In this document: positions 56,084 to 64,000 of the stretch, in pieces
Layout: each line of letters starts with the position of its first letter
How positions within the stretch are numbered: the stretch's first letter is position 1
Virus record (IMG/VR): IMGVR_UViG_3300009551_000007
Coordinates: 1-64,000 of that record
Origin: a virus
DNA: 64,000 nt
Strand: one strand, 5' to 3'
Made by a program: the position numbers and the translations under genes
Notes under the pieces: model-generated
Seen by the model: only the letters and a program-made list of their open reading frames with translations
Database searches by the model: none
What the model was told of the DNA's origin: nothing

Positions 56084-56313
56084 TTGCCGTCCTCCGCGAC
56101 CTTGATCTGGATAGGCCCAGGTGGCAGATCGGTGGTGCCGCCCGGCTTCAGTCCGACGAGTATGGCACGGTCGGCGGACCAGGCCAAGTACACGTGGCAT
56201 ATCGGGCACCGTCCGCCGACGGGTACGGACTTCACGAACCGGTCCGGTTCCATCTCGACGCGCTGCTTGCACACCGGACAGAATATGTTGACCTTGAATA
56301 GGGGCTGACTCAT
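56080..56313 (-). CDS. Small Zn-ribbon protein
   Basis: CPVC...CPIC. Confidence 0.6.
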   Translation of the reverse strand: MSQPLFKVNIFCPVCKQRVEMEPDRFVKSVPVGGRCPICHVYLAWSADRAILVGLKPGGTTDLPPGPIQIKVAEDGK

Positions 56314-58670
56314 TTCTTCACTCCGAGTTGAATGAGTTGGGTGGCGCGGCCCTTGCCTTCGCCGATGGGGATTTTCAGATCACGCATTTCGACCGCGTTC
56401 GCTTCGCCGGCCAGTTCGTCACCGCAGCGTGGCTTCCCGGCGTTGTCCTCGGAACAATGTAGACAGCCCGACGGCGGACACTCCTCGACCGGGCGGAACT
56501 GCTCGGCGTCGGAGGCACGCGTGAAGACCGGGACGGCGTGCCCGTGGCACTGGTCCGAGGTCGTGAAGTCGCGGGCGATACTGACGCCGGTCTTCGATAA
56601 CACCTTCCCGTCGGCGTCGCGGGCGTACTTGTACTCGTAGCATACCGAGTACGTGAGACCGTACTTGCGGGCGTAAGAGGAGTACATGCGGTGCGCCTTG
56701 AGGCGGTACTCCTCTTCCACCGTCCGCTGCGAACCGATGTTTTGCGTGAACAGTTTCTCGAACGCCGCGCCGCGTTCGCCGAACGTCTGTTTCATCCGCT
56801 CGACCATGGCCGGTGCTCAACTGTAGCCGGCCTCGACGAACTTGACTATGACGTGGTCCGCGCCGACCGCCCGGAGGCGCTGGAACAGTTTGACGATGTC
56901 GCCGTGCGACGTCACCCCAGGCACTATTGGGTTGACCTGAATCGAGACGTAGATGCCGGCGGTCTTCAGTCGCTCGATGTCGGCGTAATGGTCCTCCAGG
57001 CTCATGGCACCGGGCGAGAGGAGTTTCCAGTCTGCGGCGTCGCCCGTGTTGAGGGACTTTTGCGCGTAGGAGTACGGCGACAGCTTCAAGAGGTCCACGG
57101 CCCAGTCCGGGTAGCGGAGGCGCGACAGGAAGAACAAGGGCAGCCCGGCGTCGACGAACGCCTTCGCACCTTCCTCCGTATTGTGGTAATACTGTTCGAG
57201 AGGCGTGAACGGGTCGGTGAACGACGAGAAGTAGCCGGCCGCGCCCCGGCGCATTTTGGTGATCTGTTGTCGCACCTGGTCGCCGTAACCCAGCGGGACG
57301 GTAATTAGGCCGGTGCCCCTGTAGCCGCGCATACCGGAGTTGATATAACAATTGTGAACTAGAACGCCCCGCTGGAAGAAGTTTTGCGATTCGGTTTGGA
57401 TGTCGTGGACGCGAACTCGTCCCGGTATTTTTTCAACCCCGACGACGTAAGTATCCCCAATCTCTTTAGTGCCTTTTGGTCGAAAATTACCACGTGGTAT
57501 CCCATTAGTCTGGCTTGCTGAATTTTCCTCTCGCCGTCGGCAGTCATGTACCCTTTCACCTCGAATATACAGTTGTCGGGAGGGAGAACGAAGTCGGGCA
57601 CATATGCCGACCCGTCCGGCAACGAAATTGAAAACGGTTCGTAATCCCAATCGTACCCACGGCGGTCGAGGTACTCCGCGAGTAACCGTTCCCATCCCGA
57701 CCTCATTTGAAATGTGCGACCTTTTCTGTCCGTGAATAGGCCGCGCTTGGAATGTTTGTATCCCGATACGCCGTTCCTGACTCGTTCCGCTTGGGCTAAT
57801 CTCCATTCCGGGGATTTCGGCCCACTGGCCCTCTTGCTCATAGACTCTCTGTTCGCGAGAGCATGGGCGCTCATTCTCTGGCGCGTCTCCGTAGACTTGG
57901 GCTTCCCCTTGGTAGGCGACGACTTGCCCAACCTCTTCATGCCGTTCTCGGAGCGAATCACTAACAGGCAAGCATCGCAGACTTTCCTGTGGTTCGGTAT
58001 GACCGTATCGCATCGGCAGGCTTTCAAGGCGTTCTCCCGGTTTTAGGTTTACCGCGTTCACCCATGCTCGGCGGGAAACCGAGTATACCGGATGATCACC
58101 GGTCATTAATAGCTTCCGCCCGTCGTTCAAAATCAATCTCACCAACCCTTCCGGCTTCCAATGCGACGTTACCCCCACGACCTTAGTGATTTGTACGCCC
58201 AACGGCGTCCTGCCCAGTACCGAGTCGCCGACTTTGAAACTTTCTATCGGTGCCGAACCATTGGGGGTGTCGACCAGTTCACCAGCTGGTAAAGAGAACT
58301 TACAGCCTACCGCGCACCAACCGCCGTAGGGTTCAGTGAGAACGGCTTCGGTGAAACAAGGCCGCGGGCGGCTCGCGGCGCTCTCGTTGTGAAGACTCTG
58401 ATACCAACCTTGGAGTTCCTTACCCTTCTCAATTCTCATGTGAGGGTAGGGCTGGAGGTACGCGAGAACGGCCTTCTTGTCCTCGTCTTTGGCGTTGCGC
58501 ACCATACCGATACGCACATCACGGACCTTGGTGACGCCCAGGTACGGGTCGCTGATCACGCGAATCGGTCCCAGTTCCTCACGGGGTTCCTTAGTCATGA
58601 AGTAATGGTAGCGTTCGGCGGACACGTCGGATTCATCGGTCCGCCCCACCCAGTCGGTCTCGTTATTCAC
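56310..58670 (-). CDS. Radical SAM enzyme of the hypermodification cluster; contains an intein and an in-frame TGA at 56819-56817
   Basis: After intein removal the motif reads CAVGCKFC; FSSFTDPF; frame stays open past the TGA (YS*APAMVERM) into the Cys-rich ORF 56310-56807. Confidence 0.85.
57351..58295 (-). mobile_element. Intein (315 aa) in the radical SAM CxxxCxxC motif
   Basis: Block A SLPAGELVDTPNG...IESFKVGDSV, block B TGDHP, blocks F/G VHDIQTESQNFFQRGVLVHN followed by Cys. Confidence 0.93.
57359..58027 (-). CDS. PD-(D/E)xK endonuclease with NUMOD3-like DNA-binding segment, nested out of frame in the intein
   Basis: KGKPKSTETRQRMS, RSGWER...LD..GY.W.YEP...YVPDF...FEVKGY; GGGAG SD 6 nt before TTG. 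Confidence 0.88.
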   Translation of the reverse strand: MKACRCDTVIPNHRKVCDACLLVIRSENGMKRLGKSSPTKGKPKSTETRQRMSAHALANRESMSKRASGPKSPEWRLAQAERVRNGVSGYKHSKRGLFTDRKGRTFQMRSGWERLLAEYLDRRGYDWDYEPFSISLPDGSAYVPDFVLPPDNCIFEVKGYMTADGERKIQQARLMGYHVVIFDQKALKRLGILTSSGLKKYRDEFASTTSKPNRKTSSSGAF

Positions 58671-58980
58671 TGTCGGTCTCCTTGGATTGTTCTGAGTGCC
58701 ACTTGTAGAACGTCGCCAATTTGGCGTCGACGCGGCCCATGTAAGCCGCGTCGTTCAAGCCGTTAGCTTGTGTGAAAAACAGTACCGCCGCGTTGAGGTC
58801 AGCCAGTTCGGCCCGGAGGCCGTCGCGGAGGTCACCGTCCCAGTGCTTCGTGTCGCCGCCGGTCTGGAGGAGCTTGCCCAGTACCTGGAGGACTTCACCA
58901 CACTCCTCGATGAGCTTGGCCGTGCCGGGCCAGGTCTTCGACCCGAACGAAAACGGGTCACCGCAGTTGATCTGATCCAT
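58663..58980 (-). CDS. MazG-like protein
   Basis: KLIEECGEVLQVLGK...ELADL; GGGAG SD. Confidence 0.75.
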   Translation of the reverse strand: MDQINCGDPFSFGSKTWPGTAKLIEECGEVLQVLGKLLQTGGDTKHWDGDLRDGLRAELADLNAAVLFFTQANGLNDAAYMGRVDAKLATFYKWHSEQSKETDSE

Positions 58981-59080
58981 CGTCTCCCTCCCGTATCTGT
59001 CGCAGTTTCCAACCGGCCACCAGGCCAATGAGGAACGCGAACAGCATTCCGATTGCCACCGTGAGAACCGTGCTAGTCAT
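58958..59080 (-). CDS. Small membrane protein (40 aa, not in ORF track)
   Basis: MTSTVLTVAIGMLFAFLIGLVAGWKLRQIREGDDGSDQLR. Confidence 0.5.
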   Translation of the reverse strand: MTSTVLTVAIGMLFAFLIGLVAGWKLRQIREGDDGSDQLR

Positions 59081-59273
59081 CGTCGGCACTCCTCACGCTC
59101 GTGTCGTCGGCGATCTTTCGGACCGTTACCGTGACGACGTACTGGACGTTGTAAGAGTCAGTGAGGACACGCGCCAGTGCCGTCTCGATCTGCTCACCGA
59201 TACGCACGGCGGGCAGATACTCCTCGTCTGCGGTGACGAACGTCTTATCCATCAGCACATCGTTCGGACTCAT
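59073..59273 (-). CDS. Hypothetical protein
   Basis: MSPNDVL..., GGAGG SD. Confidence 0.5.
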   Translation of the reverse strand: MSPNDVLMDKTFVTADEEYLPAVRIGEQIETALARVLTDSYNVQYVVTVTVRKIADDTSVRSADDD

Positions 59274-59290
59274 AGTTCCCTCCAGAGAGT

Positions 59291-59947
59291 TTAGGCACGC
59301 ACTCGTGCCGTGAGTAGGTTGACGACTAGTTCCGGTAACTGGCGGGCGGAAGCGCGGCGGCACCATACGCCCGCTTCGGTCAATTTTACCCGCGCCCGCT
59401 CTATCGTATTGACCCGCTTAGTTGTATTCAAGTGGTTGAGTTCCTTTTCGTTTCCGGCTTCCTGTCGCCGCGCCTTGATCTGATCGAGACACTTATCGAC
59501 TGGCGTGTTGAGGAAGAAGCAGCGGACGTCGGACATTTGGAGTGTCCATTTTGTGTCCTCTGAGAGGAGTAGCCCCTCGGTTAGTACGACTCCCGCACCG
59601 CCGATTATGCGGCGGCATGTACAACCCTTCACGTCGCCGGCGTCAATCACGTCGTACACGGCGCGTGCCGAACCAATGTTGTCGCACCCGCCGCAGACCG
59701 CTTCGTAATGGCCGAGCACTATGATTCTAGGCGGGAAAATCGGTAGCCTGGAGTTACCTAGTTCCATGTCGTACTCGCGGAGGTAGTAGCCGAGTGGCTT
59801 CTTGCGCCCCTCGAACTCGACCAGCTTGCCGTTATCGACGCCGGCGTCAACGTAGAAGGGCACCCAATCGCTGCCGAGGAGTGACATTATGGACCTCATA
59901 GCCCAGGTCTTGCCTGATCCTGAGGTGCCGCGAATTTGCACGATCAT
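59291..59947 (-). CDS. P-loop kinase, probable 5-hydroxymethyluracil-DNA kinase
   Basis: IRGTSGSGKT, LGHYEAVCGGCD, EGLL, LNTP...C...I..RR. Confidence 0.85.
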   Translation of the reverse strand: MIVQIRGTSGSGKTWAMRSIMSLLGSDWVPFYVDAGVDNGKLVEFEGRKKPLGYYLREYDMELGNSRLPIFPPRIIVLGHYEAVCGGCDNIGSARAVYDVIDAGDVKGCTCRRIIGGAGVVLTEGLLLSEDTKWTLQMSDVRCFFLNTPVDKCLDQIKARRQEAGNEKELNHLNTTKRVNTIERARVKLTEAGVWCRRASARQLPELVVNLLTARVRA

Positions 59948-60627
59948 TAGCCCCTCCGAATGGTTCTCAGTTCGAGGTCGAGGCCGGCGATGGCCCGCCT
60001 CAAGTTTTCCTCGGTCAGTAAGCAGTTCAGTTCGCGGTACACGCCGCCCCTCGCGCCCGGCACCGGAACGAGTTTATCGGCCCACTCCATGCGGCGGTAA
60101 TCGCCCTTCCAGACGTTCCCCGACGACGTTTCATCCGTGACGCCCTGCTCGCTCGCCTGACCGTGAAACACGACCACGATGTCGACGTCGCTCGACAGAC
60201 CCGTTGCCGCCCAGTTGGTCGCTCGCGGATGCTTGATCTTCGGCGCGCGGACCAGTAGGCACCGGAGAAGGTACTCACCGAGCGTCACCGTCGCGAGGGT
60301 CTCACTCGCGTTGATATTCTCGTACCCCAATTCGGTCTTGGCTTTCGGCAGCGCCTTGGCGACTTCGGCGGCGAACATGAGGAAGACGTCGTTGCTCACT
60401 TTGGTCTCGTCCTTAGACCCGTCTCGCATGCGGCGGTACACTTCGACCTTGTCGACGCCGGCGTTATTGTAGAACACGGCCACTGCCTGGATATGCGCTT
60501 CGGAGAGGAGGCTACCGACGCCGGCGGGGACGGCAGCAGCAGACACAGGGCCTGCTATGTGAAAGTAAGCGCGGACCGGGTCGGGGTTCGTCCCCTCAGT
60601 GACATGTATTAGGTTCGGTTCGGACAT
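59947..60627 (-). CDS. Hypothetical protein
   Basis: 226 aa, coupled between transferase and kinase genes. Confidence 0.65.
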   Translation of the reverse strand: MSEPNLIHVTEGTNPDPVRAYFHIAGPVSAAAVPAGVGSLLSEAHIQAVAVFYNNAGVDKVEVYRRMRDGSKDETKVSNDVFLMFAAEVAKALPKAKTELGYENINASETLATVTLGEYLLRCLLVRAPKIKHPRATNWAATGLSSDVDIVVVFHGQASEQGVTDETSSGNVWKGDYRRMEWADKLVPVPGARGGVYRELNCLLTEENLRRAIAGLDLELRTIRRG

Positions 60628-60629
60628 TG

Positions 60630-61487
60630 TTAGACTCCTGGGTAACGGGATTTGGGCTTACCTTCGCTGTGGAGTGCGCGTTCGTACTTGTCGAACTCGC
60701 ATAGACAGTTCTGGTAGTCGTGGGCTTCGAGGCGCGAACTAATTGATTCGGGGAGCACTGAGCGTAACTGTTCGATGAGTTCGCGGAGGCGTTCCACGAA
60801 ATAGTCCTGATGGAAACCGGATTTTACCGGCAGTCCGAGGACGCGGTTCATTCCACGCGCACTGCCCGGCCCGACCGGTGCCCACCTGTTGTAATCGGAC
60901 CAGTAACCGTCCTTTGCCCAGCGGAGGTCCGCGACGACTTGCCCGGCCATGAACGAACCGAACCCGTACCGGCATACGAGCGCTTCGTGGGCGGCTTGCA
61001 TGGTGGACCCGTCGATGACCGGTGGGTCGGACAGGAGGTGTTCGAGGTAATAGTCGAACACGGAAGCGATCTTATCCTGACCGTCGTTACCTCGCACCAT
61101 GTATGCACCGTTGAATATCGTTACCCCTTGCCGTTTTACCGCGCGGAGGAGAGCGACTATGTCGTCAACTTGGGGGCCGCGAGAGTCGAATACGAGTTGG
61201 GTTATTCGGTCGAGGGACGACGGGAGGTTAATGAACCGCGCGACCGCCGCCGCGTACACGATACTGGGATGATCGAAATGGGGTTCGTACCAGTTGTTCC
61301 ATAGCCAGACGCTCACGGCGTCGTCCATACGCCGGACGTTGCAGAAGCGGTACTGCTGTAGTATCTCGTCGTCGGTCCAGGGCTTAGCTTCGCCCGCCAT
61401 ACGCTTCAAACGGACCGATTCCCGTTCGCGAATCCAGTATGCGAGACGGGCGAACGGGGACAGCTTACGGACGTCTTCGGTATTCAT
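60630..61487 (-). CDS. Amino acid:DNA transferase (aGPT-pyrophosphorylase clade 1-like)
   Basis: ERE...PWTDDEIL..YRFCNVRRMDD, GAYMV, GFGSFMAGQVVADL, GPGSARG, QNCLCEFDKYER. Confidence 0.88.
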   Translation of the reverse strand: MNTEDVRKLSPFARLAYWIRERESVRLKRMAGEAKPWTDDEILQQYRFCNVRRMDDAVSVWLWNNWYEPHFDHPSIVYAAAVARFINLPSSLDRITQLVFDSRGPQVDDIVALLRAVKRQGVTIFNGAYMVRGNDGQDKIASVFDYYLEHLLSDPPVIDGSTMQAAHEALVCRYGFGSFMAGQVVADLRWAKDGYWSDYNRWAPVGPGSARGMNRVLGLPVKSGFHQDYFVERLRELIEQLRSVLPESISSRLEAHDYQNCLCEFDKYERALHSEGKPKSRYPGV

Positions 61488-61600
61488 ATTTTCCTCATAG
61501 GGTAAAAGCCTTGCACTGGTCATAATCCCAGTCCTCGACTAGGGCCTGGAACCGGATGTGCGGGGGTAGGTCTTGAAACTTTAGGGCTATGGAGAGCCGC

Positions 61601-61834
61601 TCAATAGCACCGGCAACAGCCCTTGCAGCCCCACATGGCCGGCGGACACTGTTTCCCGCACCCCGGCCAGTGACAGTGGTGGCTACGGGTTTGCCCCTGG
61701 TTCTTTACCCAGTTTACCTTCACTTGCTTCGGGAGGGTAGCTACCTGAGCTTCCTTCTCCCGCCGCGCCCTGATCGCTTCCGCTCGCGCCCTCATGAGTC
61801 GTCTTTGATACACTATCGCCGGTATCGGTGGCAT
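61601..61834 (-). CDS. Small Cys/His-rich protein
   Basis: HHCHWPGC...PPAMWGC..C. Confidence 0.55.
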   Translation of the reverse strand: MPPIPAIVYQRRLMRARAEAIRARREKEAQVATLPKQVKVNWVKNQGQTRSHHCHWPGCGKQCPPAMWGCKGCCRCY

Positions 61835-62459
61835 GTGAGTGCTCCTTGTCGTAGGCCGTGATTAGCCCACCCTCACGCGAGTAGGCACACTTCTCGAAAT
61901 GCTTATCCATCACAGCCTTATAGCCCACGTTCCCTTCCGCTTCGTGCGCGGTCACGCCTTCATCCCAGTCCTTACGGTTCGTAATCATACCGGGCGAACG
62001 ACAGACCGGGCATGTCGGTATCCCCGGTCCGGCGTAGCCGAGCTTCGACCAGTCATCGGTCCAGTACGTGCACATTGCCGAGTACCAGACCGCACGGAGT
62101 GGGTCGTCCGGGCCGCACTTCGTCCCCGATTGAGTGAGACATTTCTTCCCGACGCCGACGGACGATTCATCGGTCACGGGTGCCGTAGAGACGCCGGCTA
62201 ACGAGTCGATCTCCTCTTTCGTATTGACTAGTACGGTAATGGGGACGTTAATATGGCCCGTGACCTCGACGGCGAAGTTGCGGGCCAGCTGGAGGACGAA
62301 CGCCGCCTTCATCACCGACATGCTCTTCCCGTTCACCGCGACGACGTTGGCAATGCTCGTGCGCTTATCGACGACGTTGGCGACGACGAGGTAGGAGCCG
62401 TTGCGGAACGAGAACACGTCCCCGCAAACCAGGTTCTCGACTAGTGTAGTTGATTTCAT
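61683..62459 (-). CDS. Hypothetical protein with Cys motif
   Basis: 258 aa; CTYWT.DW...GIPTCPVC. Confidence 0.6.
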   Translation of the reverse strand: MKSTTLVENLVCGDVFSFRNGSYLVVANVVDKRTSIANVVAVNGKSMSVMKAAFVLQLARNFAVEVTGHINVPITVLVNTKEEIDSLAGVSTAPVTDESSVGVGKKCLTQSGTKCGPDDPLRAVWYSAMCTYWTDDWSKLGYAGPGIPTCPVCRSPGMITNRKDWDEGVTAHEAEGNVGYKAVMDKHFEKCAYSREGGLITAYDKEHSHATDTGDSVSKTTHEGASGSDQGAAGEGSSGSYPPEASEGKLGKEPGANP

Positions 62460-62563
62460 CTGTGTCCCTTTCGAGTTTGAAAATGAGCCACGCCCCGATC
62501 AAGCCTATGAAGGGGGTCGAGATCAGGGCCAGTACGCTGTAGCCGTCCATAGCGGTCTCCGTG

Positions 62564-64000
62564 CTAGAGGGTCACGCCTTCACTCCAGCTCACCTCATTA
62601 AACTCAACACCTACCGGCGTGGGGATACCGAACCCCTCACCGCCCTTCTCCATGAGGCGTTGGAGTACCCGTATCCTACCGAGGTTCGAGTGTTTCGGGT
62701 TCGTCTTCGGGTGGGCACGTTTCGGGAAGTCGAAAACGATTTCGTCGTGGACCTGAATGGCCATGAAGTAACCGTCGTGTGCGAGGTTGCCGCCCCGCGC
62801 CAGTACCTGTCTGTTCCACTCGTCGAGCTGTTCCTGGCACCTCACCATGGCGCGGGCGGTCCACCACATAGCCGACCCTTGAATATGATAGTTTAGCGGG
62901 ACGGTTTCGAGGATATAGCCCCTCTCCGTTCGCGTACACATGATCGGATAGCCGCGCGCCGGGTCAACCGACTTGTCGGGAATCGTCTCCACGTACCCGT
63001 ACTTGTTGGCGAACCGTATGCACTTCTGGTTGAGTGCCTCCAGTTTCGAGAACCGCTGTTTTAGGAGGCGGTGGCTGTATTGCTTATGGAACGCGCGGTC
63101 TGCCGTCCCCCATCCGTCAACCTTCTCTACTGCGCCGTACTGGACCGCGAACCCGCCGTTTTTACACCACTGGTAGTAGCTCGCGCCGTACTTCTTCTTG
63201 CAGTACGGACCTGCTTTATCGAGACCCACTTCCGCCACCGCCGCGTCCCATATGTCGGGGTAGACGGTATGGAACCGTAGCAAGTGGTTGGAGCCGTAGT
63301 ACGGCGGTGATTCCGAGTTCTCGAATATCTCGATCAGTTCCTCTTGCAAACTCTCATATGCCGGTAGTCGGTCCTCGATGCCCTTCGCGTCGAGTGAGTA
63401 CCATTCGCGACCCGGCCCAGGGCCGAAGCCCTTGCGGAGATTGAACGATTCCTTCTTCGAGACGTTCTGCACGTTCGGGTACTTACAGCCGGCGCGGAGG
63501 GTGTCGGTGCCGGTCTGACGGTAGTCCGGGCATAGCGTGTACCACTCGCCCTCCGTCATTAGCCCCATAACGTCTTGTTCCATGGGTATCCAGAACCGCT
63601 TATAGCCCTCCATGTAGATTATCGCAGTGTCCCGACTCCGTTTCTCCTCAAGTTTACATATGAACGTCCGCTCCTTGGACGTGATCGGGAGCGTCAGTTT
63701 GTAGTGGGGTATAGCCACCTTGGCGTCGAGACTCGGCGCGTTGGTCTTGGATTTCGGGTTGCGGACGTGCTCCAGCTTCATCTTGTCGAAGCACAGTTCT
63801 CGGAGCGAGTTATTGACCCCGCTCTTAGGGAGCACCAAGTCATGACCGAACGACTTGGCTATCGACACACTGACGCGAGCCGCCCGTTCCGATTCTTCGC
63901 GGTACTCCGTCGTCAGTTCGTCGAGACGGAGGCGATTGACGGTCACGCCCCGGTCCTCCATGCGGTAGAAGATCGCCGGTAGCCTCATCCGTTCGGCGAA
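62564..64000 (-). CDS. Family A DNA polymerase, C-terminal part (5' end beyond window)
   Basis: MEDRGV, QTGTDTLR...PNVQNV, motif A SLDAKGIEDR, motif B KNGGFAVQYG, IQGSA, motif C QVHDEIVF. Confidence 0.9.
   Translation of the reverse strand, partial: FAERMRLPAIFYRMEDRGVTVNRLRLDELTTEYREESERAARVSVSIAKSFGHDLVLPKSGVNNSLRELCFDKMKLEHVRNPKSKTNAPSLDAKVAIPHYKLTLPITSKERTFICKLEEKRSRDTAIIYMEGYKRFWIPMEQDVMGLMTEGEWYTLCPDYRQTGTDTLRAGCKYPNVQNVSKKESFNLRKGFGPGPGREWYSLDAKGIEDRLPAYESLQEELIEIFENSESPPYYGSNHLLRFHTVYPDIWDAAVAEVGLDKAGPYCKKKYGASYYQWCKNGGFAVQYGAVEKVDGWGTADRAFHKQYSHRLLKQRFSKLEALNQKCIRFANKYGYVETIPDKSVDPARGYPIMCTRTERGYILETVPLNYHIQGSAMWWTARAMVRCQEQLDEWNRQVLARGGNLAHDGYFMAIQVHDEIVFDFPKRAHPKTNPKHSNLGRIRVLQRLMEKGGEGFGIPTPVGVEFNEVSWSEGVTL

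Larger units (their letters stand above)
1..64000. mobile_element. Tailed bacteriophage genome segment (siphovirus-like), probable Planctomycete host
   Basis: Terminase, portal, capsid, tail tube, tape measure, DNA polymerase and primase-helicase in phage-like operons; no host housekeeping genes and no integrase seen in the window. Confidence 0.95.

Noticed and set aside
56419-57351. 310-aa same-strand alternate-frame ORF over the radical SAM C-terminal half
   Set aside because: Arg/Pro/Gly-rich with no motifs; typical shadow ORF of GC-rich coding DNA, unlike the nested nuclease
1-64000. Genome-wide stop-codon reassignment suggested by the TGA in the radical SAM gene
   Set aside because: TGA, TAG and TAA all terminate clearly complete genes, often with coupled downstream starts
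1-64000. CRISPR array, tRNA, rRNA, integrase
   Set aside because: No regularly spaced repeats, cloverleaf or recombinase motifs recognised by eye; tRNAscan and the rest of the genome would be needed to exclude them

Overview
The whole window reads as most of a GC-rich tailed-phage genome (siphovirus-like), probably infecting a Planctomycete. The host call is inferred from TIGR02996-type proteins and Gemmata-style secreted proteins. A short + strand block (1-5.4 kb: SF1 helicase, TIGR02996 protein) converges on a long - strand. In transcription order the - strand carries a family A DNA polymerase (truncated by the window end), a thymidine-hypermodification cluster, a primase-helicase, three DNA methyltransferases, terminase, a class II ribonucleotide reductase, portal, a MuF-ADP-ribosyltransferase fusion, head genes, an atypical lysis-like module, tail genes with a -1 frameshifting chaperone, and a glycosyltransferase. 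The hypermodification cluster comprises a dUMP hydroxymethylase-like enzyme, a P-loop kinase, two amino acid:DNA transferases, a radical SAM enzyme, a PLP enzyme and nucleotide-pool enzymes. The most striking feature is an intein inserted inside the CxxxCxxC motif of the radical SAM gene. Its apparent homing endonuclease is not in the intein frame but is a separate nested gene in the +1 frame with its own Shine-Dalgarno and TTG start. Two dispersed DNA motif families were also found: about 21 copies of YCTGRRRRRAA, and four hairpin-plus-GCTAGAAA intergenic elements. All family assignments are from motif recognition by eye; no database search was run.
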